A stretch of DNA of 64,000 bases from Deltaproteobacteria bacterium. GTDB lineage: Bacteria; Myxococcota_A; UBA9160; SMWR01. Positions 17,837 to 26,707 of this stretch are shown piece after piece. The DNA lies in assembly GCA_032128115.1 (NCBI GenBank), contig JAQBHB010000047.1:32001-96000 (forward strand), written 5' to 3'. Both the position numbers and the translations under genes were made by a program. Each line of letters begins with the position of its first letter. Position 1 is the first letter of the stretch. The notes under the pieces were generated by a model. The model saw nothing but the letters and a program-made list of their open reading frames with translations. It was not told where the DNA came from and did no database searches.

Positions 17837-18727
17837 ATGAAGTTCCAGACCCTCCGGTTCGGTCCCCGTGACTTCCTCCACACCATGCAGGAAGAGCTCG
17901 AGCGCGAGCCCTATCGCCGAATCCGGTTGCGGCCGTTGGCGCCCACCATTGGCGCGGAGATCAGCGGCGTTGACCTGGGCGATCTGGACGAGGAGACCTT
18001 CGCCGAAATCGAGCGCGCGCACCTGGGCTACAAGGTGCTGTTCTTCCGCGACCAGGACATCACCACCCAGCAGCACGTGGACTTTTCCCGGCGCTTTGGC
18101 GAGCTGGAGGAACACCCGTTCCTGCCGTCCAAACCGGACTTTCCCGTGGTGATCTCGTTCTCCAAGGACGACCAGGTGAAAGGCGTCGAGAACGTCTGGC
18201 ACAGCGACGTGACCTGGCGCGAGAAGCCGTCCCTGGGCTCGGTGCTGCGCAACCGGGAGGTGCCTCGCGTGGGCGGCGACACCCTGTTCAGCGACATGTT
18301 CGCCGCCTACGAGGGATTGAGCGACGAGGTCAAGCAGCAGATCGAGGGACGCACCGCCGTCCACGACTTCACCCAGAGCTTCGGCCTGGCCATGGGCCCG
18401 GAGACTCGCGCCGCAAAGCAATCCGAGTTTCCGCCGGTGGAACACCCGGTGGTTCGCACCCATCCGGTGAGTGGGAAGAAGGGAATCTACGTGAACGCGA
18501 TCTTCACGGACCATCTCGTGGACATGGAGCACGAAGAGAGCGATCGGCTGCTGAACCACCTGTATCGCCAGGCGGCGATCCCCGAGTACCAGTGCCGCTT
18601 CCACTGGCAGAAGAACAGCATCGCATTCTGGGACAACCGAGCCGTTCAGCACTACGCGGTGTCGGACTACTGGCCCCAGAAACGCGAGATGGAGCGGGTC
18701 ACCATCATCGGCGACCGCCCCGCGTAG
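17837..18727 (+). CDS. TauD/TfdA Fe(II)/2-oxoglutarate dioxygenase (alkylsulfatase/taurine dioxygenase-like)
   Basis: WHSDVTW, GGDTLF, HPVVRTHP, WDNRAVQHYA. Confidence 0.93.
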   Translation: MKFQTLRFGPRDFLHTMQEELEREPYRRIRLRPLAPTIGAEISGVDLGDLDEETFAEIERAHLGYKVLFFRDQDITTQQHVDFSRRFGELEEHPFLPSKPDFPVVISFSKDDQVKGVENVWHSDVTWREKPSLGSVLRNREVPRVGGDTLFSDMFAAYEGLSDEVKQQIEGRTAVHDFTQSFGLAMGPETRAAKQSEFPPVEHPVVRTHPVSGKKGIYVNAIFTDHLVDMEHEESDRLLNHLYRQAAIPEYQCRFHWQKNSIAFWDNRAVQHYAVSDYWPQKREMERVTIIGDRPA

Positions 18728-18745
18728 GCGACCCGGCTCCGTTCA

Positions 18746-19990
18746 TCAGATCTCCGACTCTACGTCGAAGTGGCGCTGGTAGTTGGCGAAGCGCTGGCGC
18801 TCCGCCTCCCGGTCGAGCCCCGTGTCTTCGAAGCTGTAGCGGTGCGCGCCGCGCCGGGACTGGGGGCGCTGTTCCAGGTGGGATCGCATTCGCGACTCAG
18901 CTTCCGGTGTGAGTTTCATCCCGAAGTGATCGTAGAGTCGGCGAAGCATCCCAACCGGGTCGGCCATCAGGTCCGTGTAGCGAACATCGAAGATCTGCGC
19001 CTCGGGGAGAAGTCCCTCGCGTCGCTGCTGCATCGAGCGCTCCAGCATGAAGGCAATCGATCGCATGCTGCGCCGCGCGATCTGGGGAACGTCGACTTGA
19101 TCGCTGCGCATCCAGTACAGGGTTGCTGCCAGGCTCGTCATGGACGCAGCCACGCGCAGGGGGTCCCGATGGGTCTGCACGATGCGCGCGTCCGGGTACT
19201 CGGCGAGCAGGGCCTGCAGCGTCCACAGGTGGCTCGGGGCCTTCAGCACCCAGCGCTCACCCGGGCACCTCCACTGGAGGAGCTGGAGCATGCGCCGGTG
19301 CAGAGCGTAGGCGGGCCCCATGTCACAGCGCGCGAGCCAGGCCGCATAGCTCGGCACCTGATAGGTGCCCGCCAGCAGGTCGCTCCGGAATTCGTGAGCC
19401 ATGAGATAGATGCACTCCTGGGGCGCGCTGCCACCCCCGTCGTGCATCGTGGCGTAGGCCGGGGCGATGCGCTCCCAGCGCTTCACGTCGCGATCGGCGC
19501 GGCGGATGCGCGGGTCGTCGTCGTAGCTGGTCGCCAGCGGCGGCGGGCACGGATGCAGCGCTTCCCAGTGGCGCACCACACGGTGGGCCGGGTCCTGGGA
19601 CAGCAGTTCGTGCAGGATCGAGGTACCGGACCGTCCCGATCCGGTCACGAAGACCGGGGCGCGGATTTCGCCGTCGGCGATCTCGGGATGTCGATGCTGG
19701 GCGGCCGTCATCTCCAGTCGGTTGACGAGCCAGTTCGTCACCTCGTCGCGGGCCAGCACCCGGCCAATGGGCGTGAGGTCGGCCTCGCCGTCGAGCGCAT
19801 CGACGAAGATCTGCAGGGGTTCGAGGAACCCTTCGCCCCCGAAATCGCTGAGCCCCGTCCGACGCACGGCGCCCTCCATCAGCTCCGCCGTGTCCAGTCG
19901 GATGTGGCCCAGCCCCAATGCCGAGCGCACCCGGCCGGCGGCGTTGCGGGCGCGCAGCCAGAGGGGTCGGTCCCGGGGCAGCCAGCGCAC
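18746..19990 (-). CDS. Sulfotransferase family protein
   Basis: 5'-PSB TGSGRSGTS, WVLKAPSH, 3'-PB HRDPLRVAAS. Confidence 0.9.
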   Translation of the reverse strand: MRWLPRDRPLWLRARNAAGRVRSALGLGHIRLDTAELMEGAVRRTGLSDFGGEGFLEPLQIFVDALDGEADLTPIGRVLARDEVTNWLVNRLEMTAAQHRHPEIADGEIRAPVFVTGSGRSGTSILHELLSQDPAHRVVRHWEALHPCPPPLATSYDDDPRIRRADRDVKRWERIAPAYATMHDGGGSAPQECIYLMAHEFRSDLLAGTYQVPSYAAWLARCDMGPAYALHRRMLQLLQWRCPGERWVLKAPSHLWTLQALLAEYPDARIVQTHRDPLRVAASMTSLAATLYWMRSDQVDVPQIARRSMRSIAFMLERSMQQRREGLLPEAQIFDVRYTDLMADPVGMLRRLYDHFGMKLTPEAESRMRSHLEQRPQSRRGAHRYSFEDTGLDREAERQRFANYQRHFDVESEI

Positions 19991-20003
19991 GGCCCGGCCC
20001 GGC

Positions 20004-21128
20004 CTATCCGCTCAGCTCGGCGGCGGGCACGACGCACACCCGGGGGATCGGGGGGTCGTTCTCCGCCAGCAGCCACCGGAAGCACATGGCGCCCTCGGTG
20101 TGTCCCGCCGTGTCGATCCAGTTGGGGACCCCGGGATCCCGATGGGCCACCACCAGGCGCACGCGTCCGTCCTGGCCGGCGCGGGCCTGTCCGCTGTTGA
20201 TGGAAATGTTGTGATGAACGTAGTCCAGGGATTCGAGCCAGTAGTTGCAGAGCTGGAAGCCCCAGTAGAGGAATCGCTCGGCGGGCTCCACATCGATGAC
20301 CAGTGCCTGGTCCGGGAGGAGCCTCCAGTAGCCGGAGATGTAGAAGAGGTCCGGATCGCCGTGCAGGTGGCGCGTCGACTCGCCCGAAGTGCCCGTCAGC
20401 TGGTTTTCGCGTTGGGCCCAGCCATCGGCCATGCGCAGGAACATGCGTGTGCAGCCGGTGACGAAGGTCGCCGCACGCTCCAGCTGCGCGGCCATGCGCG
20501 CCGGGTCCAGGGCTGGGGGCGGGCCGCTCGCACCAACCCGCTCGATGTGCAGATCCGCTCGCCGCTGGGTGCCGGGTTCGAAGAAGGTCTGGCGCACGAT
20601 CATCCCGGTGGCTTCTGGCGTCAGTGGGATCCAGTTGCCCGGTTGCTCCACGGGGCTCAGCGTCAGTTCGAAGCCGCCGTCGCCGGAAATTGCGAACTCG
20701 TCCAGGTGGTGCTGGGAAAGCGTGCCCTGCCGGCCTCCGGCGCGCCGGGCCCCGTAGAACTCGGCGCCCACGGTGATTCCCACGTACGGCGCCTCGCCCC
20801 GCTGCCCCCACAACCGATAGGTCTGGCTTCCGTCCAGGGCGCAGCGCAGGTACACGTTGTCCGGGTTGTCCACGCCGAATTTTTTGTGTGCGTCGGCGTT
20901 GCGGTAGAGGGTGGGGAAGAGCGGGTCGGCGTTCTCTACGAAGGTCCACAGTGCGGTGGTGCAGAGGCGACTCAGGTAGCGGTACCCCTCGGCCCGGTCG
21001 ATGGACGTGTCGGGAGCGTTCGCCTCGCGGATCCGCATCTCGGCATCGCGTTGGGCCGCGATCCAGGCTTCGTGGGCGGCGCGCAGGGCGGCCGCCGCCG
21101 ACGTGGCGTCCGCCCCCGGCGTGGTCAC
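20004..21128 (-). CDS. DUF1214-domain protein
   Basis: EGYRYLSRL, DNPDNVY, YWGFQLCNYWLESLDY, DPGVPNWIDTAGH; GTG overlaps the upstream TGA. Confidence 0.8.
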   Translation of the reverse strand: MTTPGADATSAAAALRAAHEAWIAAQRDAEMRIREANAPDTSIDRAEGYRYLSRLCTTALWTFVENADPLFPTLYRNADAHKKFGVDNPDNVYLRCALDGSQTYRLWGQRGEAPYVGITVGAEFYGARRAGGRQGTLSQHHLDEFAISGDGGFELTLSPVEQPGNWIPLTPEATGMIVRQTFFEPGTQRRADLHIERVGASGPPPALDPARMAAQLERAATFVTGCTRMFLRMADGWAQRENQLTGTSGESTRHLHGDPDLFYISGYWRLLPDQALVIDVEPAERFLYWGFQLCNYWLESLDYVHHNISINSGQARAGQDGRVRLVVAHRDPGVPNWIDTAGHTEGAMCFRWLLAENDPPIPRVCVVPAAELSG

Positions 21129-22681
21129 GGGCGCGGGCTGTAGCGGCGGGGTCCGCGCGAGGTTCGCAGCTGCGACTGGATCTCGTCGATCCACTCGCAA
21201 AGGCGCGGGCGCGTGGTTCGCGGGTCGATCAGGTCGTGTACGCCGAACTCCTCGGCGCGCGGGAATACCGACTGGGCGCTGGCGTGCTCCGCCTCCAGCT
21301 CGGCGCGGCGTGCGTCCGGGTCGTTCGCGCTCTCGATCTCGCGGCGATACGCCAGGGCCACGCCGCCCTCCACTGGAAGGGCGCCGCTCTCGGCGGAGGG
21401 CCAGGCCAGCACCGTGCTGATGGGGCCCAGGTGGATGCCGGCGGCCACGCCGAAGGCCTTGCGGACCAGGATCGCCAGCCAGGGCACGCGGGTCTGGGCC
21501 ACGGCGAACATGGCCTGCATTCCGTAGCGGATGGTTCCCGCCCGCTCGGCCTCGGGTCCGATCATGAAGCCCGGCTCGTCCACGAAGCTCACGATGGGCA
21601 GGCCGAAGGCATCGCACAACTCGGCGAAGCGCCGCACCTTCTGGGCCCCCTCCGCCGTCATCGACCCGCCCGCGTGGTAACAGTCGTTGGCGAGTACGCC
21701 CACCGGTTGCCCGTTCACCCGCGCGAGTCCGGTGATCTGGCTCGGCCCGTAGTGCCGGGTCATCTCGAACCACGATCCGCGATCGACGATCAGATCGATC
21801 ACGCGCCGCATCTTGTAGGCGCGCCGGCGATTGCGCGGAATGATGGAGAGCAGCTCTTCTTCCTGGCGTGCGGGCGTGTCGTCGCTCTCGATCACGGGCG
21901 CGGCTTCCCAGACGTTGCCGGGCAGGTAGGAAAGGAAGGCCCGCACCTGGCGCCAGACGTCGGCCTCGTCTTCCGCCGCGTTGTCCACCACGCCGCTGCG
22001 CAGGTGCACCTGGGCGCCGCCCAGCTCCTCCTTGGTGATCTTCAGCCCCAGCGCCCTCTCAACCAGCACCGGTCCTCCGCTCATCACCTGGGCCGTGTCG
22101 CGAGTCATGATCGACAGGTGCGAGGCCACCAGGCGTGCGGCGGGGAATCCGGCCACCGGACCCAGCGCCGCGCAGACCACCGGCACCGTGGCCAGGGCTT
22201 CCATGGACAGCAGGTTGAGGGGCGAGGGCGAGGTGAGGTCGTAGCCGGAGCGGCCTTTGGTTCCCGAGGCACCGGCGATGCTGGCGCCGCCGCCCTCGAG
22301 CAATCTCACCAGGGGCAGCCGTCGCCGGATCGCGAGCTCGTCGGCGTACTGGCCCTTGCGAAGGGCCGATGGCGAGTAGGCGGCGCCGCGAATCGTGAAG
22401 TCGTCGCCGCCCACCACCACCAGCCGACCGTCGATGCGGGCCACACCCGCCACCACATTGGCCGGCGTGAAGTCCACCACCCGGCCTTCGGCATCGGTCT
22501 CGGCGTTGCCCACGATGCCGCCGTGTTCCTGGAAGCTCCCCACGTCCACCAGTGCATCGATGCGTTCGCGCACGGTCAGGCGCCCGCGGGCGTGCTGCTT
22601 CTCCACGGCATCGTCGCCGCCCAGTTTTCTGGCCAGCTCGCGGCGCCGTTGGATCTCGTCGACTTCTTTCTTCCAGCTCAT
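21125..22681 (-). CDS. Acyl-CoA carboxylase/decarboxylase carboxyltransferase subunit
   Basis: HARGRLTVRERI, DDFTIRG, EELGG, FVDEPGF, IDPRTTR. Confidence 0.9.
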   Translation of the reverse strand: MSWKKEVDEIQRRRELARKLGGDDAVEKQHARGRLTVRERIDALVDVGSFQEHGGIVGNAETDAEGRVVDFTPANVVAGVARIDGRLVVVGGDDFTIRGAAYSPSALRKGQYADELAIRRRLPLVRLLEGGGASIAGASGTKGRSGYDLTSPSPLNLLSMEALATVPVVCAALGPVAGFPAARLVASHLSIMTRDTAQVMSGGPVLVERALGLKITKEELGGAQVHLRSGVVDNAAEDEADVWRQVRAFLSYLPGNVWEAAPVIESDDTPARQEEELLSIIPRNRRRAYKMRRVIDLIVDRGSWFEMTRHYGPSQITGLARVNGQPVGVLANDCYHAGGSMTAEGAQKVRRFAELCDAFGLPIVSFVDEPGFMIGPEAERAGTIRYGMQAMFAVAQTRVPWLAILVRKAFGVAAGIHLGPISTVLAWPSAESGALPVEGGVALAYRREIESANDPDARRAELEAEHASAQSVFPRAEEFGVHDLIDPRTTRPRLCEWIDEIQSQLRTSRGPRRYSPRP

Positions 22682-22697
22682 GGAGATCGGGGGCCGG

Positions 22698-23117
22698 TCA
22701 GCTCGGGATGTCCTTCAAGACCACGACCGGGATCACGCGCGAGGTCCTGCTCTCGTAGGTGGCGTAGCGCGGGTTCTTCTCCTTCACCCACGGCCACAGT
22801 TCGTCGCGCTCGGGGCCGGTGGCTTCGTGGGCGTGCATACGGCGCTCGTCGCGGCCGAAGTGGACCGTGGCATCGGGGTTCTTCTGCAGATTGAGCCACC
22901 AGGCCGGCGGGTGGTCCTGGCCGTTGTTGGATCCCACGATCACGATGTCGTTTCCGCGCGGGTAGCAGGCCAGCGGAATCGTGCGTTCGAGGCCGCTCTT
23001 GCGGCCGTTGGTGGTGAGCAACAGCATGTCGTAGCCGGCCATTCTCGCGCCGATGCGTCCGCCGGTCTTCTGATACACCCAACGGTGCATCCTGGTGAAC
23101 CACTCCCAGTTGGCCAT
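22698..23117 (-). CDS. F420H2-dependent nitroreductase/quinone reductase (Ddn family)
   Basis: LLLTTNGRKSG, GSNNGQDHPPAWWLNL, RVIPVVVL. Confidence 0.9.
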   Translation of the reverse strand: MANWEWFTRMHRWVYQKTGGRIGARMAGYDMLLLTTNGRKSGLERTIPLACYPRGNDIVIVGSNNGQDHPPAWWLNLQKNPDATVHFGRDERRMHAHEATGPERDELWPWVKEKNPRYATYESRTSRVIPVVVLKDIPS

Positions 23118-23174
23118 GGCGTATTACCTCGATTTGGGCGTCACTATTCGGTGCCGCAAGCGGGCCTCCGGGCC

Positions 23175-23204
23175 GCGCGCAGCGAGCCGAAGGCGAGCGC
23201 AGTC
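23175..23204. repeat. REP-like hairpin GC-GA-GCC-GAA-GGC-GA-GC next to an A8 run
   Basis: Intergenic imperfect palindrome with symmetric GA/GA mismatch; single copy seen in this window. Confidence 0.35.
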
Positions 23205-23212
23205 AAAAAAAA

Positions 23213-24400
23213 CTAACGCTTGACGAGAACCGACGACCCGTGGCCGAACAGGCCCTGGTTCACCGACAGGCCCACCTTGGCGCCCTCTACCTGGCGCTCG
23301 CCGGCCTCGCCTCGCAGCTGCCATGTGAGTTCGCACACCTGGGCAATGGCCTGGGCGGGCACGGCCTCGCCGAAGCAGCTGAGGCCACCGCTGGGGTTCA
23401 CGGGGATCCGGCCCCCCAGGGTGGTGGCGCCGTCCGAGAGCAGCTTCTCGGCCTCGCCCGGTTTACAGAGTCCGATGTTCTCGTACCAATCGAGTTCGAG
23501 AGCCGACGACAGGTCGTATACCTCGGCCAGGTCCAGGTCTTCCGGCCCCAGGCCCGAGGCCTCGTAGCAGCGCTTGGCGATGGAGTCCTTGAAGGGCGTG
23601 TCGGGCACCGATGTGCCGGCAGCCGAGTCGGTGGCAAAATTGGGCATCTCGATGATGGTGTTGGGGTATCGCGGCGTCACCGTGGAGACCGCGGCGACCC
23701 TCACGGGATTGCTGGTGTGCTTGCGCGCGAACTCCATGCTCGACAGCACCATGGCTGCGCCCCCATCGCTGGTGGCGCAGATCTGCATCAGCCGCAGGGG
23801 GTCCGACACCATGGGCGACGCGAGCACGTCTTCGATGCTGAAGGCCTTCTTGTAGCGGGCGTTGGGGTTGGTGTAGCCGTGGCGGCTGTTCTTGACCTTC
23901 ACCTTGGCGAAGTCGAGTTCGGTGGCGCCGTAGAGCTCCATGCGTCGGCGTGCGTAGAGCCCGAAGTAGACCGGGTTGGTGGCGCCGAGCAGTCGGAAGC
24001 GCAGCCAGTCGGGATCGGTTTCGCGGGCGCCGCCCGTGGGCGCGAAGAAGCCCTTGGGTGCGGCGTCGGCTCCCACCACCAGCGCCACGTCGCACAGTCC
24101 GGCCAGGATGCGCGCTCGCGCGGTGTCGATGGCCTGGGCTCCCGTGGCGCAGGCTCCGTAGGTGCTGGCCACCTGGGCGCCCGACCAGCCCAGGGCCTGG
24201 GCGAAGGTCGCTCCGGCCACATAGCCCGGGTAGCCGTTGCGCATGGTGTCGCCGCCAGCCACGAACTGGATGTCGGTCCATGCGAGTCCGGAATCCTTCA
24301 GGGCGTCGCGCGCGGCCTTGACGCCGTACTCGACGAAGTTCCGGCCCCACTTGCCCCACGGGTGCATGCCCACACCCAGGATCGCGACTTCCTTCTCCAT
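23213..24400 (-). CDS. SCP2-type thiolase / lipid-transfer protein
   Basis: VAILGVGMHPWGKW, YGACATG (Cys retained), EVYDL, NPSGGL; ATG 24400. Confidence 0.88.
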   Translation of the reverse strand: MEKEVAILGVGMHPWGKWGRNFVEYGVKAARDALKDSGLAWTDIQFVAGGDTMRNGYPGYVAGATFAQALGWSGAQVASTYGACATGAQAIDTARARILAGLCDVALVVGADAAPKGFFAPTGGARETDPDWLRFRLLGATNPVYFGLYARRRMELYGATELDFAKVKVKNSRHGYTNPNARYKKAFSIEDVLASPMVSDPLRLMQICATSDGGAAMVLSSMEFARKHTSNPVRVAAVSTVTPRYPNTIIEMPNFATDSAAGTSVPDTPFKDSIAKRCYEASGLGPEDLDLAEVYDLSSALELDWYENIGLCKPGEAEKLLSDGATTLGGRIPVNPSGGLSCFGEAVPAQAIAQVCELTWQLRGEAGERQVEGAKVGLSVNQGLFGHGSSVLVKR

Positions 24401-24423
24401 CGGTTCTCCCGCGGGTGGCCGCG

Positions 24424-24864
24424 CTAGGCGGCGACCGGCCTCCACTTCCAGATCATGAACTCGTGGTCGTCGTCCTCGTAGAGTTTGTCGATGACCACTT
24501 CCATCTCCATACCCGCCTCGAGGTCGGCGACGTCCACGCCCGGAACCACCTGGCCCAACACCACCATCTTCTCCTCTTCCAGCTCGACGGCAGCGATGGC
24601 GTAGGGCTCGAAGGGGTCCGACGCCACGTAGGGCGCCGGGGGCGGATAGCAGTTGTTGGTGAATGACCAGAGTCGGCCGCGCGGGCTCAGCGCCACCTCT
24701 TTCAGGTCGGTGCTGTCGCAGACGGGATTGCGGCAGTAGGCCGTCTCCTTCGGAAAGAAGTAGGTCCCACAGCCCACGCACTTCGTGCCCAACAGGCGGG
24801 GGTCGCCCGGGTCCATCCGGAACCAGCCCTCGATGGCCGGGGCCTTCGTCTTTTCTCGGCTCAT
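24424..24864 (-). CDS. DUF35 Zn-ribbon/OB-fold protein
   Basis: CVGCGTYFFP...CRNPVC, GRLWSFT, YAIAAVELE; adjacent to the thiolase. Confidence 0.88.
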   Translation of the reverse strand: MSREKTKAPAIEGWFRMDPGDPRLLGTKCVGCGTYFFPKETAYCRNPVCDSTDLKEVALSPRGRLWSFTNNCYPPPAPYVASDPFEPYAIAAVELEEEKMVVLGQVVPGVDVADLEAGMEMEVVIDKLYEDDDHEFMIWKWRPVAA

Positions 24865-24895
24865 GGCCCCAGTTTTTATCACACTCTCGGGTTCC

Positions 24896-24910
24896 GAGAC
24901 GTTGCGTCTA
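24896..24910. promoter_or_regulatory. Putative operator GAGACG-TTG-CGTCTA upstream of the leftward DUF35-thiolase operon
   Basis: Imperfect palindrome; same motif as 12748 and 25002. Confidence 0.6.
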
Positions 24911-24995
24911 GCAATCCTCGCTGCTCCGGTGGCGAATTTCTCCGCAAAAACGAGTCCTTGAGCGATCGGGCGGCGAGCCGCCGGGCGCCTCCGCC

Positions 24996-25024
24996 TTTAC
25001 TGAAACGATACGTCTCGTTATTAT
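24996..25024 (+). promoter_or_regulatory. sigma70-like promoter TTTACT-17-TATTAT with operator GAAACG-ATA-CGTCTC (25002-25016) in the spacer
   Basis: Read directly, upstream of ipdA. Confidence 0.7.
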
Positions 25025-25073
25025 GAGCCGCCCGCCGCCGCTCCGCGGTAGCGTTGTCCGCCACGGAGGCCCC

Positions 25074-25937
25074 ATGGACAAGCGCACCACCACTGCCGCC
25101 GTGGTGGCCGAGCTGCGAGATGGCATGACGCTCGGCATCGGGGGCTGGGGCTCGCGTCGCAAGCCCATGGCGCTGGTGCGCGAGATCCTGCGCTCGCCGC
25201 TTCGCGACCTCACCCTCGTCTCCTACGGCGGCCCCGATGTGGGGCTGCTGTGCGCCGCCGGCAAGCTGAAGAAGGTGGTCTACGGCTTCGTGTCCCTGGA
25301 CTCGATTCCGCTCGAGCCCCACTTCCGCCACGCGCGACAGACCGGAGGCGTCGAGGTCGTCGAGCTCGACGAGGGCATGCTGCAGTGGGGTCTCTACGCG
25401 GCTGGTTTGCGACTGCCGTTCCTGCCCACACGCGCCGGGCTCGGGACCGACGTGCTCGAGCACAACCCGTTCCTGAAGCGCGTGAAGTCGCCCTATGAAG
25501 ACGGGGAGGAGCTGGTGGCGATGCCCGCGCTCGAGCTCGACGCAGCGTTCATCCACATGAACCGGGCCGACGTGCGCGGCAACGGACAGTTCCTGGGCCC
25601 GGATCCGTACTTCGACGATCTCTACTGCATGGCGGCGAAGCGGCGCTTCATGACCTGCGAGAAGATCGTCGAGACCCCCGACCTGCTGAAGGCGGGATCC
25701 ACGCACACGCTGCTGATCCATCGCGCCCTGGTGGACGGCGTGATCGAGACGCCAAACGGCGCTCACTTCACCGAGTGCCCGCCGGACTACGGGCGCGACG
25801 AGAGCTTCCAGCGCGAGTACGCCGTAAACGCCCGCGACCCGGAAGGCTGGGCCCCCTTTTCGAAGCGGTATCTCGAGCTCGACTCGGAAGCGGCCTACCA
25901 GGAGGCCGTGAAGGCCCATGGCGGAAAGATCGGATGA
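25074..25937 (+). CDS. ipdA: Steroid ring-C-cleaving hydrolase alpha subunit (CoA-transferase fold)
   Basis: GMTLGIGGWGSRRKPMALVR, GFVSLDSIPLEP, LPTRAGLG, GAHFT; gene order with ipdB/ipdC/echA20. Confidence 0.92.
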   Translation: MDKRTTTAAVVAELRDGMTLGIGGWGSRRKPMALVREILRSPLRDLTLVSYGGPDVGLLCAAGKLKKVVYGFVSLDSIPLEPHFRHARQTGGVEVVELDEGMLQWGLYAAGLRLPFLPTRAGLGTDVLEHNPFLKRVKSPYEDGEELVAMPALELDAAFIHMNRADVRGNGQFLGPDPYFDDLYCMAAKRRFMTCEKIVETPDLLKAGSTHTLLIHRALVDGVIETPNGAHFTECPPDYGRDESFQREYAVNARDPEGWAPFSKRYLELDSEAAYQEAVKAHGGKIG

Positions 25938-26695
25938 GCGAATTCACCCGGGCGGAAGCGTGCGCGGTGGCGGTGGCCGAGGTCTTCCGCGGCGACGGCG
26001 AGATCATGGCGAGTTCGTTCGGAACCGTGCCTGCCATCGGGGCCCGGCTCGCGAAGCTCAGCTTCGAACCCGACCTGATGATGACCGACGGGATCGCCCA
26101 CCTCCTGGCCGACGTGCAGCCCGTGAGCGGCGATACGGATCCCGACCCGGTGATCGAGGGCTGGATGCCCTTCCGCCGCGTCTTCGACACGCTCTGGTCC
26201 GGCCGCAGGCATGTGGTGATGATGGCCAGCCAGATCGATCGCTACGGCAACCACAACTTCGCCTGCATCGGCGACTACGCGAAACCCAAGGCCCAGCTCC
26301 TGGGCATGCGCGGCGCCCCGGGCAACACCATCAGTCACCCCACCAGCTACTGGGTTCCGAGCCACGGCCCCAAGGTCTTTGTCGAGAAGGTGGACGTGGT
26401 TTCGGGCGTGGGATACGACCGGGCCGCAAAGCTCGGCGCGTCGGCGCGTTTCCACGAGATCCGGCGCGTGATCTCGAATCTGGGTGTCTTCGACTTCGCG
26501 ACACCCGACCACCGCATGCGGTTGGCGTCGTTGCACCCGGGCGTGGGTCTCGACGAGGTCGTCTCCAACACGGGCTTCGAGCTGGTGATCGACGCCGATG
26601 TGCCCGAGACGCCTGCTCCCACACAAGAGCAGCTGCGCCTGATCCGAGAGGTGCTGGATCCGCAATCGCTTCGCGACAAAGAAGTGAAGGTCTGA
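25934..26695 (+). CDS. ipdB: Steroid ring-C-cleaving hydrolase beta subunit
   Basis: FRGDGEIMAS, EGWMPFR, GRRHVVM, LLGMRGAPGNT; ATGA overlap with ipdA. Confidence 0.92.
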   Translation: MSEFTRAEACAVAVAEVFRGDGEIMASSFGTVPAIGARLAKLSFEPDLMMTDGIAHLLADVQPVSGDTDPDPVIEGWMPFRRVFDTLWSGRRHVVMMASQIDRYGNHNFACIGDYAKPKAQLLGMRGAPGNTISHPTSYWVPSHGPKVFVEKVDVVSGVGYDRAAKLGASARFHEIRRVISNLGVFDFATPDHRMRLASLHPGVGLDEVVSNTGFELVIDADVPETPAPTQEQLRLIREVLDPQSLRDKEVKV

Positions 26696-26707
26696 AAGAG
26701 GCCCCGC

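Noticed and set aside
20004..21773. 589-aa version of the DUF1214 gene
   Set aside because: The extension overlaps the carboxyltransferase out of frame; the GTGA-coupled start at 21128 is more plausible
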